NCBI GenBank assembly: GCA_049282095.1
Contig: JBAPTI010000004.1
Location: 1,770-65,769, forward strand
DNA length: 64,000 nt
Origin: Chthoniobacterales bacterium
GTDB taxonomy: Bacteria; Verrucomicrobiota; Verrucomicrobiia; Chthoniobacterales; UBA6821
Direction of reading: 5' to 3'
Shown here: positions 39,540-49,448 of the stretch, one piece after another
How the letters are laid out: the number at the start of each line of letters is the position of its first letter
Position numbering within the stretch: the first letter of the stretch is position 1
Notes under the pieces: generated by a model
Databases searched by the model: none
What the model was told of the DNA's origin: nothing
The model's input: only the letters and a program-made list of their open reading frames with translations
Program-made: the position numbers and the translations under genes

Positions 39540-40952
39540 ATGACCACCACACTGCGCAAAACCAAGATCATCTGCACCCTCGGCCCCGCGACGGAGTCAC
39601 CCGAGCGCCTCCGCGAGATGATCCTGGCAGGAGCCAACATCTTCCGGCTCAACATGAGCCACGGCCAGCATGACTGGGTCCGCAAGATCGTCCCCACGAT
39701 CCGCAATATCGCCGCCGAACTCGACATGCCGGTCGGCATCCTCCTCGACACGCAGGGTCCCGCCGTGCGTACCGGCGACCTGCCCACCAAGCTCAACCTC
39801 AAGGTGGGGGACACCATGGAGTTCACCGTCCGCGGAGCCCGCAGCGAGGAACTCTACTCGGTCAATGTCAACTACGACGGCCTGATCGACGACATCAACG
39901 AGGGTGACGTCGTCCTCGTCGACAACGGCGTCATTCATCTCAAGGTCCTCTCCAAGATCAACAACCGCATCCGCTGCGAGGTCCTCACTCCGGGCGAACT
40001 CGGATCCCGTCGCCACATCAACCTCCCCGGGGTGAAGGTCAACCTCCCCCCCCTCACCGAGAAAGACATGGCCGACGTCGCCGTCGGGGCGGAGGTCGGT
40101 GTGGATTTCGTCGCCCTGAGCTTCTGTCGCGAGCCCTCCGACATCGTCGAGATGCGCCGTGTGCTGGCCTCGCATGGGAGCCAGGCCCGCGTCATCGCCA
40201 AGATCGAGGACCAGAGCGCGGTGAAGCTCATCAACGAGATCATCAGGGAGACCGACGCCGTCATGATCGCACGCGGCGACCTCGGCATCGAGTGCCCCAT
40301 GGAGGAACTACCCATCATCCAGCGCCGCATCCTCAAGGCCGCCCTGAAGATCGGCAAGCAGGTCATCGTCGCCACCCACATGCTTGAGTCGATGATCGAG
40401 AACCCTGTGCCGACGCGCGCCGAGGTGACCGACGTGGCCAACGCCGTCTTCGAGCAGGCCGATGCCATCATGCTCAGTGGAGAGACCACCGTCGGGAAAT
40501 ACCCCGTCGACTGCGTGAAGGTGCTCGACCGGATCGCCCGACGCATCGAGCGCAGCGGCAGTGCCCACTTCGCCGACCAGACCTCCCTCATCACCCCCCG
40601 CCAGAAGACCGCGCACTCCGGCGTCGTCCTGGCAAACTCCTTCCCCAACGCCTCGCTCCTCGTCCTCACCCGTCACGGGCACATGGCCGACTACACCAGC
40701 CACATCAGGCCCGAGCATGCCCCCATCTACGCGTTCACTCCCTCCGAGGTGACCGCCCGTCACCTCACGCTCAATTGGGGCGTCATTCCCTTCATCATGC
40801 CCTTTGGCGCCACCCCCGAGGAATCGGTGAAGAAAGCCGAGGAACTCCTTCTCTCCCGCGGACTTCTCAAGCAGGGTGACCAGCTCATCGTCATGAGCGA
40901 CATCGTCGAGGGGGAGGAGAAGTTTGACTCCATCCAGCTCCGCAAAATCTAG
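39540..40952 (+). CDS. pyk: Pyruvate kinase
   Basis: 470 aa. TKIICTLGPA N-terminus and MIARGDLGIE motif. Confidence 0.92.
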   Translation: MTTTLRKTKIICTLGPATESPERLREMILAGANIFRLNMSHGQHDWVRKIVPTIRNIAAELDMPVGILLDTQGPAVRTGDLPTKLNLKVGDTMEFTVRGARSEELYSVNVNYDGLIDDINEGDVVLVDNGVIHLKVLSKINNRIRCEVLTPGELGSRRHINLPGVKVNLPPLTEKDMADVAVGAEVGVDFVALSFCREPSDIVEMRRVLASHGSQARVIAKIEDQSAVKLINEIIRETDAVMIARGDLGIECPMEELPIIQRRILKAALKIGKQVIVATHMLESMIENPVPTRAEVTDVANAVFEQADAIMLSGETTVGKYPVDCVKVLDRIARRIERSGSAHFADQTSLITPRQKTAHSGVVLANSFPNASLLVLTRHGHMADYTSHIRPEHAPIYAFTPSEVTARHLTLNWGVIPFIMPFGATPEESVKKAEELLLSRGLLKQGDQLIVMSDIVEGEEKFDSIQLRKI

Positions 40953-41080
40953 ACAGCTGAGGGCTTGCGCTTTTCGCGCGGTTCGGCGTTATCCCGCGCT
41001 TGCTGTATTTTCAATACAGCGGCGCTTGGATGCCTTGACCCGCATCGAAAATCCCGGCGCCGTCTGATTGTGAGACCCCC

Positions 41081-41497
41081 TTACCTTCCTCGCGTGATCA
41101 GATAGATCCAGTTCGCGGCGAGAAGGCCGATTGCCGTGAACCTGACGAAGTTGGCCTCGGTTTTCGTGAAGGCTTCCAACCGCAGGCGCGGGAGTCTTCC
41201 AATGACGACCACGGCGGCATAGCAGACATAGAGGGCTGTACCGAGGAGTGCCGTCGTCATCAGGGGGTTGAGGAGAAAGGCCGCGCCGATCTCTCCATGC
41301 AGAAGGTGCCAGGATGCTCGCGTCATGCCGCAGCTCGGGCAGGGGATCCCGGTTGCCGCATGCAGCAGGCAACGCGGAGTGGCGATGCCCGAGAAGAGCC
41401 ATGCGGTTGCAAGCAGGGCCGCAAGCAGGAGGAGGGATCCCCAGACCAACTCGTGGTCACGGCTGCCCGGAATGATCGGGCGCCGTTGGATCCTCAC
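41081..41497 (-). CDS. DUF2752 membrane protein
   Basis: CPSCGMTR motif with TM helices. Confidence 0.6.
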   Translation of the reverse strand: MRIQRRPIIPGSRDHELVWGSLLLLAALLATAWLFSGIATPRCLLHAATGIPCPSCGMTRASWHLLHGEIGAAFLLNPLMTTALLGTALYVCYAAVVVIGRLPRLRLEAFTKTEANFVRFTAIGLLAANWIYLITRGR

Positions 41498-41507
41498 CTC
41501 AGGCCCC

Positions 41508-42386
41508 TCAATGGGAGTACTTGCTCAACTCGGCCACGCTGATGCCGGCCGCCGTGGCGATCAGCAGCAGACCGCCGCAGCAGAGCAGTCCCGGAAGGGT
41601 GATGGCAAGCGTGGCCTTCAGGCCGGAGGTGCGGTGAGTCTCCTTGAGTCCGATGATGATGCAGTAGGCACCCCAGATCACGCCGATCAGGCCGCCGCAG
41701 AGAGGCAGGAGGTTGAAGACCATGGCGCTGGCCTGGGCGTAGCAGATGACCCGGAAGGTGGTCTCGAAGGGTCTCGTCGCCCCGCCAAGAATCCTCAGGC
41801 AGAGGTGGGTGATGCCCGAGGAGAGAAAGGCGCTGACCACATAGAGCGCGGGTGAGATCAGGATCGAGCCGATGAGGGCCACCGAGAAGGCGGTCTTGGA
41901 GGCGTGTGGCAGGCCCTTGGCGAAGACCTCGGGGTTCATCGAGGTGGCGCCCATCTGGTAGAGGGCGGAGACCGCAAACATGGTGCTGCTCAGCAGCACG
42001 AAATAGAGAAGCGGGTTGGCGAGGCCACCGCTCTGCTTCATCGCCGCAAAGGTGGGGGAGGGGCGAATCAGCACGGCGCTGATCGTCTGCCCGATCGCAG
42101 GGAAGAATCCGATCCGCTCGCGCTCCTCCCAGGCAGGTTCCGTTCCATCACCGGGAAGTGAGGTGGTTGTTTCAACGGCGCTCGTTGAGACGGGAGTGAG
42201 GGCGGGTGCCGGTGTTTCCATGCCCCACTGCGGGGCCATCTCGCCGAGAGGCTTCCACTCGGCCATTCCCTCGCGCCAGGCAAGGTCGCTGGAGACGAAG
42301 CGGCCGGAGACGATTCCTTCGCGGAGATCCTCCTCGGAGAACGTGCCGAAGGGTTGGTGATTGCGGGCGATGTGGATGGAGGACAT
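41508..42386 (-). CDS. GYF_2 (DUF4339) domain fused to a Yip1-like membrane domain
   Basis: N-terminal ...QPFGTFSEEDLREGIVSGRFVSSDLAWREGMAEWKPLGEM, then 5 TM helices. Confidence 0.6.
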   Translation of the reverse strand: MSSIHIARNHQPFGTFSEEDLREGIVSGRFVSSDLAWREGMAEWKPLGEMAPQWGMETPAPALTPVSTSAVETTTSLPGDGTEPAWEERERIGFFPAIGQTISAVLIRPSPTFAAMKQSGGLANPLLYFVLLSSTMFAVSALYQMGATSMNPEVFAKGLPHASKTAFSVALIGSILISPALYVVSAFLSSGITHLCLRILGGATRPFETTFRVICYAQASAMVFNLLPLCGGLIGVIWGAYCIIIGLKETHRTSGLKATLAITLPGLLCCGGLLLIATAAGISVAELSKYSH

Positions 42387-42530
42387 GGGAAAATGATGAA
42401 TGAAAAATGAAAAATGAAAAAGGATGAAGCAAGCTCGTGGGGACGAGCGCGGTAGACTGACGGTGTCAGCCCCGCTAGGGGTGGCACCGTCCGCCGGGAG
42501 GCGGATGCCATCAATGGCGAACGGCCTTCC

Positions 42531-43529
42531 CTATCCCTCTGCCTTGAGCTGGCGGTTCATCAGCGCTTTCATGGCCTCGCCGGGTGACTTGGCCCCCTGC
42601 AGAAGGGCGTGAACCTCGTCGATGATCGGGGTTTCGACGCCGAGGCGCCGCGCGGAGGCGTGGGCGCTGGCGGCTGTCGGGACGCCCTCCGCCACCATGG
42701 CCATGGAGGAGGTGATTACGGAAAGCGTCTCGCCCTGACCGAGGCGGAACCCGACCTGATGATTCCGGCTCCGCTCGCTGAAGCAGGTGACCATGAGGTC
42801 CCCGATGCCGCTGAGACCGCCGAAGGTTTCGCGCTCTCCTCCCATCGCAGTGCCGAGACGCGTCATCTCCGCAAGGGACCGGGTGACCAGAGCCGCCTTG
42901 GCATTCTCACCAAGGCCGAGTCCGTCTGAGATGCCGGCCGCGATCGCAAAGACATTCTTGAGGGCGCCTCCTAGTTGGATCCCACGCAGATCGCTGCTCG
43001 TGTAGGCACGGAAGCTGGTCCCTTCGAACAGTGACTGGATGGATTTCAGTGCATCGGGCTCGCCGCAGCCGATCACACCGGCGGCGGGAATCCCCTTCGC
43101 GATTTCGCCCGCGAGATTGGGGCCCGAGAGGACGGCAATCGTGGCTCCGGGAAAACGGGTAGCAATCACCTCGCTCATGAGCAGACCCCGCTCACGCTCG
43201 ATCCCCTTCGTGCAGGAGACCAGCACAGGCTTCCGCGATCCCGCGGTTTCGGCGAGTCGGTCGGTCACCTCGGCGAGATGTTTCGAGGGGACGGCCACGA
43301 AGAGAATTTCGGCGTCGAGGCACTCGGCCAATTCCGGGGTTGGAAGGATCCCGTCGGGAAGCGTGATGCCTGGAAGGTATTTCTCGTTGGTTCGCTCGCA
43401 CCGCATCACCTCGACGTGGCGTGCATCGTGGCCCCAGAGGGGAACATGGAGGCCGCGGCGGGCCATGACGAGAGCCAGGGCCGTACCCCAGCCTCCCGCG
43501 CCGATGACGGCTACTGACGAGGCACTCAT
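42531..43529 (-). CDS. gpsA: NAD(P)H-dependent glycerol-3-phosphate dehydrogenase
   Basis: ATG 43529 overlaps the plsY stop. VIGAGGWGTALA Rossmann motif. The 488-aa ORF-track N-terminal extension is rejected. Confidence 0.9.
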   Translation of the reverse strand: MSASSVAVIGAGGWGTALALVMARRGLHVPLWGHDARHVEVMRCERTNEKYLPGITLPDGILPTPELAECLDAEILFVAVPSKHLAEVTDRLAETAGSRKPVLVSCTKGIERERGLLMSEVIATRFPGATIAVLSGPNLAGEIAKGIPAAGVIGCGEPDALKSIQSLFEGTSFRAYTSSDLRGIQLGGALKNVFAIAAGISDGLGLGENAKAALVTRSLAEMTRLGTAMGGERETFGGLSGIGDLMVTCFSERSRNHQVGFRLGQGETLSVITSSMAMVAEGVPTAASAHASARRLGVETPIIDEVHALLQGAKSPGEAMKALMNRQLKAEG

Positions 43530-44176
43530 TTCTTTTTGCGTTCGAAGCGGGATTCGGTCCCCGCTCGCAGGCGGGCAATGTTTGACCGATGACGCCAGAC
43601 AGCCAGGAAGCACATCGCGATCGAGACCGCCAATGCCAGCCAGTCGGTGCGGTGGAGCAGGAAGAGGGCGCCGACAGCCGAGGGCAGGGCAATCGATGCC
43701 CCGATCGAGGCTGCCGAGACGTAGCGCGTTGTCGTGAAGAGCAGAAGCCAGACGCCCAGACAGAAGAGGAATGCCTGAGGGAAGAGCACGACGATCACTC
43801 CCGCCGAAGTGGCGATCCCCTTGCCCCCCTTGAATCCCAGCCACACCGGAAAGCTGTGGCCGATGAGCGCACCAAGGGCGGCGAGCGCGCCGGGGGCGGA
43901 GGCCGGATCGATGGTTGCGAAAGTGCTCCAGATCAGGGCGAATTTCACGGGAAGCCATCCCTTCAGGAAATCGAAGAGGAAGACCGCGTAGCCCCACTTC
44001 TTTCCGAGGACCCGCAGGGCATTGGTGGCGCCGATGTTCCCGCTGCCCTGCGTGCGGAGATCAATGCCACAGATCTTACCCGCGATGAATCCCGCCGGGA
44101 TCGATCCGAGCAGATAGGAGCCAAGGGCAATCAGGAACCAGGGAAGGACGGAACTCACAGCCAACGATCTCACCAT
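43526..44176 (-). CDS. plsY: Glycerol-3-phosphate acyltransferase PlsY
   Basis: GSGNIGATNALR motif. ATG 44176 (MVRSLAV...). Confidence 0.85.
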   Translation of the reverse strand: MVRSLAVSSVLPWFLIALGSYLLGSIPAGFIAGKICGIDLRTQGSGNIGATNALRVLGKKWGYAVFLFDFLKGWLPVKFALIWSTFATIDPASAPGALAALGALIGHSFPVWLGFKGGKGIATSAGVIVVLFPQAFLFCLGVWLLLFTTTRYVSAASIGASIALPSAVGALFLLHRTDWLALAVSIAMCFLAVWRHRSNIARLRAGTESRFERKKK

Positions 44177-44212
44177 CCGCAACGGCAGGGACAAGGAAAA
44201 AGGGTGCGGATT

Positions 44213-44351
44213 AATATGGAACTCAGGAACTGAAGAAAAACTACCGTAAGAATCAACCATGAAGATCATCAGGAATACACAGCGTGCTTGGGAGATGGTC
44301 TGTAAGCTATGTATGGTCCTTTTCCCTTCCTGATTTCCTGAGTTCCATATT
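44213..44351. repeat. 17-bp perfect inverted repeat in the plsY/msrB divergent region
   Basis: aatatggaactcaggaa at 44213-44229 and ttcctgagttccatatt at 44335-44351. Confidence 0.9.
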
Positions 44352-44379
44352 TTTCAGATTCTTATGCTAGGGTCTTCCC

Positions 44380-44949
44380 ATGACTAAACGTCAACTCTTG
44401 CCCGCAGCGCTGCTGCTTTCTATGGTCTCCTTCATGCCCGCACAAATACCCGCAAGCGATGCCAAAACCGTCGCCGTGCGACTCGTCGGATCCGATGGGA
44501 AGCCGGGTCCTGTCACCGAGGTGCCCCGCGTGGTGAAGACCGACTCGGAGTGGGAGAAGCAGCTCGGGCCCACCGCCTACCGTGTCCTGCGCGCCAAGGG
44601 AACCGAGGCGCCCTTCTGCGGCAACCTCCTGGACAATCACAAGACAGGCATTTACTTCTGCGCGGGCTGCGACCTGCCGCTTTTCTCCTCAGTTTCGAAG
44701 TTTCATTCAGGAACCGGCTGGCCGAGCTTTTACCAACCCTTCGCCAAGGAGAACATCACCGAACTGCGCGATGCCTCCCACGGCATGATCCGCACCGAGA
44801 TCCTCTGCGCCCGTTGCGGTGGTCACCTGGGCCATGTCTTTGAGGATGGCCCTCCTCCGACCGGGCTTCGCTATTGCCTCAACTCCGTATCCCTCACCTT
44901 CCGCGACGAGTCCGAGGTGAAGTCAATGGAGGTACAAGCCAAGCGCTGA
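44380..44949 (+). CDS. msrB: Peptide-methionine (R)-S-oxide reductase with signal peptide
   Basis: Zinc CxxC pairs (CAGC, CARCGGHLGHVF) and the catalytic RYCLNS motif. Confidence 0.9.
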   Translation: MTKRQLLPAALLLSMVSFMPAQIPASDAKTVAVRLVGSDGKPGPVTEVPRVVKTDSEWEKQLGPTAYRVLRAKGTEAPFCGNLLDNHKTGIYFCAGCDLPLFSSVSKFHSGTGWPSFYQPFAKENITELRDASHGMIRTEILCARCGGHLGHVFEDGPPPTGLRYCLNSVSLTFRDESEVKSMEVQAKR

Positions 44950-45058
44950 CCCCGATCCTTCGACTGGCCCGCGAAGACGACCAAAGGAAAAAAGTTGCCT
45001 CCGGACGCGGGGGAATTATGATGCACAACCCTTGAGGTGCCGTCGGCACCTCGCAACT

Positions 45059-45133
<75 letters not shown>

Positions 45134-45633
45134 CTTCAAAATCAGCCAAAATTACTCTTTCAGGCTGATGAATAAAGGCTCTACGGGCAACTTCCCTCCC
45201 TGGCCCCTCCTCGCGGATTTCCGCGGATCCTGCGAAATTTTTGTTACCTTTTGTTACCTTTTTTGAACTCTTCGCGGTCATTCGGGACGTGCATCAGAAT
45301 GTCTCTGGGTGTGATGGTTTTGACTCAGAGACGGAAATTACCCAACAGCCCAAGTTTTTGCGCAAACTCGATCACTGGGAAAAACATGCCTACCAGTCCA
45401 CTTGATCGAAAAGGCTCAGGCGTGATCATGCCTCGAAGACCCCTCGCCTCGATGCAATCGATTTCGCAATGAATGAGGTTTAAAATTCCTCGCAGCGGCC
45501 GCACATGAATTTTGCGCCAGGCAATAAATACAAAAAAGGCACAATCTTTATTCAAAAACTCGATTTGGCCTCAAATTGGATTGCAACAAGGGGTATAAAT
45601 ACATATTTTGCCTAAAACGTTTTTAATCCACCT

Positions 45634-46770
45634 ATGAACATAGAGAAGTTTCACCCAGGGGAACTCCGCCAGCAGTATCACTACCAGAGCTTCCAACCCA
45701 GCCCAGTGAATCATTCCTGGACTTGGGAGGATCCCGAAATTCATAGCTTGCTGGCCGAGGCCAATAGACGCTTAGGAGAGCTCAATGGCCTCTCGTTAAT
45801 CGTCCCCGATATTGACCTCTTTATCCAGATGCATGTGGTCAAGGAGGCTCAAACCTCTAGCCGTATCGAAGGCACTCGCACGGAGATGGACGAGGCTTTG
45901 GAGGAGAGTCCTGAGCAAATTACTCCAGACAAACGTGACGACTGGCAGGAGGTGCGGAATTACATCAATGCGATGAATAGCTCGATCGAGGCGCTGGGCA
46001 CTCTACCTCTTTCGAACCGCCTCCTTTGTCAGGCACACGCTACTTTGCTCGACGGAGTGAGAGGAGAAGGCAAGACGCCCGGGGAGTTTCGACGCAGTCA
46101 AAATTGGATTGGCGGAGCCACCCTTGCAGATGCCGTCTTCATTCCGCCACATCACGAGGAAGTCCATGCTCTCATGGGTGATCTCGAGAGCCTCTGGCAC
46201 AATGAGGCCATCACCGTTCCTTACCTGATACGCATTGCAATCAGTCACTACCAGTTTGAAACAATTCATCCATTCCAAGATGGCAATGGCCGTATTGGCC
46301 GACTCCTCATAGTTCTCTACCTTGTCAGCAAGGGGCTCCTTCACCGGCCTTGTCTCTATATTTCTGATCATCTCGAGAAGCATCGCAGTGCCTACTACGA
46401 CTCTCTTATGGCCGTCCGCACCCGCGGCGATCTAGGCCAATGGATCCGATTCTTCTTGGTAGCCGTTATCGAGACCTCGAAGCGTGGAGTGGAAACCTTC
46501 CAGAAAATTCACCGCCTTCGTCAGGAAACCGCATCGCGCATCGCCACCCTTGGGCATCGAGCATCCAGGGCTCAGCAGGCTCTCGATCACATATACCGCA
46601 AACCGATTATTACTGGAGCACAGCTCGCTTCTCAACTTGGCATCAGTCAACCAACCACTGATCGACTTCTCGCCAATCTTGTAAACCTCGGCATTCTCGA
46701 GGAGTTGACCGGCAAGAAGCGCAATCGTGTATTCTGCTACCGCGAATACTACCAGCTTTTCCTTTCCTAA
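45634..46770 (+). CDS. Fic-family protein (AMPylase-type) with C-terminal winged-helix domain
   Basis: Canonical Fic motif HPFQDGNGRIGR. C-terminal ...ITGAQLASQLGISQPTTDRLLANLVNLGILEE is HTH-like. Confidence 0.85.
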   Translation: MNIEKFHPGELRQQYHYQSFQPSPVNHSWTWEDPEIHSLLAEANRRLGELNGLSLIVPDIDLFIQMHVVKEAQTSSRIEGTRTEMDEALEESPEQITPDKRDDWQEVRNYINAMNSSIEALGTLPLSNRLLCQAHATLLDGVRGEGKTPGEFRRSQNWIGGATLADAVFIPPHHEEVHALMGDLESLWHNEAITVPYLIRIAISHYQFETIHPFQDGNGRIGRLLIVLYLVSKGLLHRPCLYISDHLEKHRSAYYDSLMAVRTRGDLGQWIRFFLVAVIETSKRGVETFQKIHRLRQETASRIATLGHRASRAQQALDHIYRKPIITGAQLASQLGISQPTTDRLLANLVNLGILEELTGKKRNRVFCYREYYQLFLS

Positions 46771-46796
46771 AGGCACGAAAACAAAAGTTGGATATT

Positions 46797-47375
46797 ATGT
46801 ATCATTACTCTTGGCATCAAAGCTCTAATGTAAGCAGGCAGAAATATACCTGTGGTTTTTGCAGCTCTATTGTATCTCCAGATCATGGATACCAAACTGC
46901 AAATGGAGTCGGTCACACTGCGCGAATTTACATCTGTCCGAATTGCGGCTGTCCGACTTTCTTTGGAGCGGATAAAAAACAGGTCCCAGCAATTAGACTA
47001 GGAAACGAAGTAAAAGGGATTACAGATGAACATGTTCAATCTGCATATAATGAAGCAAGAGATTGCAGTGGTTGCGGAGCATACAGCGGTTCCGTTTTAT
47101 TATGTAGAAAACTCTTGATGAATATAGCTGTAAACCATGGCGCGAAAGCCGGGGAAAGTTTCTCTTACTATATTGATTATCTTGAGTCTAACGGATTTGT
47201 GCCTCCTAATGGAAAAGCCTGGGTTGATGTAATTAGAAAAAAAGGGAATGAGGCAACTCATGAGATTCCAATTATGAGTTCGGCAGATGCACAACAAGTG
47301 CTGCATTTTACGGAAATGCTATTGCGATTTATTTATGAGTTTCCAAGCATGATTCCCCAAGAAAATACTGTGTAA
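46797..47375 (+). CDS. Zinc-ribbon + DUF4145-like helical domain protein
   Basis: CGFC...CPNCGC ribbon. C-terminal LLCRKLLMNIAV...VIRKKGNEATHEIP resembles the DUF4145 R..GN.a.H block. ATG 46797 (TTG 46788 in the ORF track). Confidence 0.5.
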   Translation: MYHYSWHQSSNVSRQKYTCGFCSSIVSPDHGYQTANGVGHTARIYICPNCGCPTFFGADKKQVPAIRLGNEVKGITDEHVQSAYNEARDCSGCGAYSGSVLLCRKLLMNIAVNHGAKAGESFSYYIDYLESNGFVPPNGKAWVDVIRKKGNEATHEIPIMSSADAQQVLHFTEMLLRFIYEFPSMIPQENTV

Positions 47376-47444
47376 TAAAAACTTATTATATAGCTGGTTC
47401 TGTGAAATTTTTCGGAGCACACCATTAGTCAAATAATTTTACAT

Positions 47445-48272
47445 ATGAGTGATGATAACACTATTCGCGATACAGCTGATGCAATTAAAGGCATTGTAGA
47501 AGCGGTGCCCGTCTACCAAGATGTAATGCAGCCGGCAGCAAAAGAAGTGGGAGCCGCCTTACAAACCGTAGCTAAAACACTACATGTTTTACTTGCACCT
47601 GTTTCTGCTCTTGTGTGGGGATATGATAAAATCAAAGATCATGTTACAACGAAAGTAAGCGAAAAGCTTAAAGATATTCCTCCAGAGCGAATGAAGATGC
47701 CTGAGCCGAGCGTGGCAGGTCCAGCTCTTGAGGCTTTGCGATATACTGGTTATCAGGAGACGCTTCGTGATTTGTATACAAACTTACTCGCGACCTCTAT
47801 CGATTCAGCTACTGCACACCAAGCCCATCCGGCTTTTGTTGAAATTATTAAGCAGATGTCTCCCGATGAAGCGCTCATAATTCGTGCGCTTTCAACTTTG
47901 CCTATAAGGCCGATGCTCGATGTCCGATTCGAAAAGTCCGATAGTAATCTGGGCCGATGGGTGATTAGATATTTTTCTTTAGTAGCAAACGAAGCTGGCG
48001 TAAAACACACGGACCTCAGCGCTAACTATCTAATTAATCTGCAAAGACTTGGATTAATTGAACTGAGAGAGAATTACACATTGCACAGCGAAGAGGGAGA
48101 TGTATATCAGCCCCTTCGTGAGACTACTCAAGTACAAAATGTGGTAAATCAATACAATGCTCTAGATGGACATAAGACTGCATTTACCCCTGGTGCAATC
48201 ATCACCACTGAACTTGGCAATCTTTTCATTCGCGCATGTGTCATCGATGGCACTCATGCGTTAAAAGTATAA
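47445..48272 (+). CDS. Abi-alpha (DUF4393) abortive-infection-family protein
   Basis: 275 aa. PAAKEVGAAL..., PEPSVAGPALEALRY, LRDLYTNLLATSID and HPAFVEIIKQMSPDEALIIRAL match my recollection of the DUF4393 profile. Confidence 0.55.
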   Translation: MSDDNTIRDTADAIKGIVEAVPVYQDVMQPAAKEVGAALQTVAKTLHVLLAPVSALVWGYDKIKDHVTTKVSEKLKDIPPERMKMPEPSVAGPALEALRYTGYQETLRDLYTNLLATSIDSATAHQAHPAFVEIIKQMSPDEALIIRALSTLPIRPMLDVRFEKSDSNLGRWVIRYFSLVANEAGVKHTDLSANYLINLQRLGLIELRENYTLHSEEGDVYQPLRETTQVQNVVNQYNALDGHKTAFTPGAIITTELGNLFIRACVIDGTHALKV

Positions 48273-48401
48273 GCCAATCGAGTAGGAAGATTAACGCATC
48301 GGGCCTTGGAAAACAGCCTGATTCCGTATTTTGATCACCTCTCATGAAGAGGCCGCATGAGATCCGGGCAGAGGATTTTCAGATGCGGTTTGAACAGCCT
48401 C

Positions 48402-49448
48402 TCACCATTCACAGCAGCCCGGATTGCTGATTCTTGAGATCGAGTGGCGGAGGCGGGCTTCGCTGTATTGTTCAAACAGGGCGGGGTTTTCCTTACGGAG
48501 CCGCTGGAGTTGTTCCCGCAGCGGATCGGGAGCGGGAGGCTCTTCCTCGGGAATATTGAGGGGAGCTGGTGGCTGGGTTTCTTTTCGACGAAAGATCGAG
48601 ATGATGGAGCCCAGCAAGCCGGGGCTGGTTTCAGGCTTGGGAGCATCGGGTGGGCGGAAATCCACGCGGGAGAGCGTGGGGAAGCCCTTGGCCAGCTTAA
48701 GAAAATCCTGGGCGGACATATCGTAGATAAAGGCATCAACGCTTTCCAGTGGGGCCAATCCCAGATCCACTGCGCGCTGACGGAGCAATTCCATATCCCG
48801 CTTCAGGCCCTCTTCCTTGCGGGCTCGAACCTCCTCGGAAACTTTCGCTGAGAACATGCGGTCAAAGGTGATGTCGTCATCATCCTTTTGTTTGGTAATG
48901 CGTGGCTTAGCCGGCCTCTCTTTCTCCTCAGGCTGGCTTTTCATAAAAGCGATCATCTCCACTCGTGGTTCCGGAGGATGAGGGGGCAGCCCCAGCTCTT
49001 CCAACCGACTCCAGAGGACACGCATTCCCTCGATCTCGGGAAAGATCTTCACAAAGAGCTCTCCTCCCATCAGCTCGAAATGGGCTCTGAGAGCCTCCAA
49101 CTTCGATGACAAGGCCTCCTGGTGCTGGTCGCGAAGGGTTTGATTGATTCCGCCGTTCATTCGCTCGGGATCACGTGGGAGCAGTTCGCAGGATTCGAGT
49201 TTGATACGCTCACGGATGAGACCCTCCAGAAGGCTGGAGGGCCAACCTTCGAGCTTCTGCTCCGAGATGATGTGATTTCCGGTGAATAGCCCGGCCATGA
49301 ACCTCCATCTCTTTTCGTGATACGCCTTCGTCTCGGGCAGGGCATCCCACGTGCTGCGCATCCGAGCGTAGGCGACGAAGAGATCGGGGGGAGAGATGTA
49401 GGGATCGGGTGGGGGCTTCATCTCAATCTCATGTTGGTGGGCGTTCAT
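48402..49448 (-). CDS. Hypothetical protein (orphan, charged central region)
   Basis: 348 aa, codon usage looks coding. 94 nt downstream of the M28 gene on the same strand. No motif recognised. Confidence 0.55.
   Translation of the reverse strand: MNAHQHEIEMKPPPDPYISPPDLFVAYARMRSTWDALPETKAYHEKRWRFMAGLFTGNHIISEQKLEGWPSSLLEGLIRERIKLESCELLPRDPERMNGGINQTLRDQHQEALSSKLEALRAHFELMGGELFVKIFPEIEGMRVLWSRLEELGLPPHPPEPRVEMIAFMKSQPEEKERPAKPRITKQKDDDDITFDRMFSAKVSEEVRARKEEGLKRDMELLRQRAVDLGLAPLESVDAFIYDMSAQDFLKLAKGFPTLSRVDFRPPDAPKPETSPGLLGSIISIFRRKETQPPAPLNIPEEEPPAPDPLREQLQRLRKENPALFEQYSEARLRHSISRISNPGCCEW

Noticed and set aside
38029-39826. Long overlapping ORFs (504 aa on plus, 402 aa on minus)
   Set aside because: They run antisense or out of frame to the permease, lipoprotein and pyk genes, which have clear motifs. 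Their composition is Arg/Gly/Pro-rich, a high-GC artefact.
45033-45052. Hairpin gaggtgccg-t-cggcacctc between msrB and the tRNA, considered as a terminator
   Set aside because: It is a good 9-bp stem, but no T-run follows and it sits immediately before the tRNA. Its function is ambiguous, so it is not reported as a terminator.
45134-45633. Searched the tRNA-proximal 500 bp for an integrase or integrase remnant and for an att-type repeat of the tRNA 3' end
   Set aside because: Only short ORFs (73-76 aa) without recombinase motifs (no R..H..R..Y context) were found. I could not find a second copy of the tRNA 3' segment by eye anywhere in the window, but an exhaustive search was not possible.
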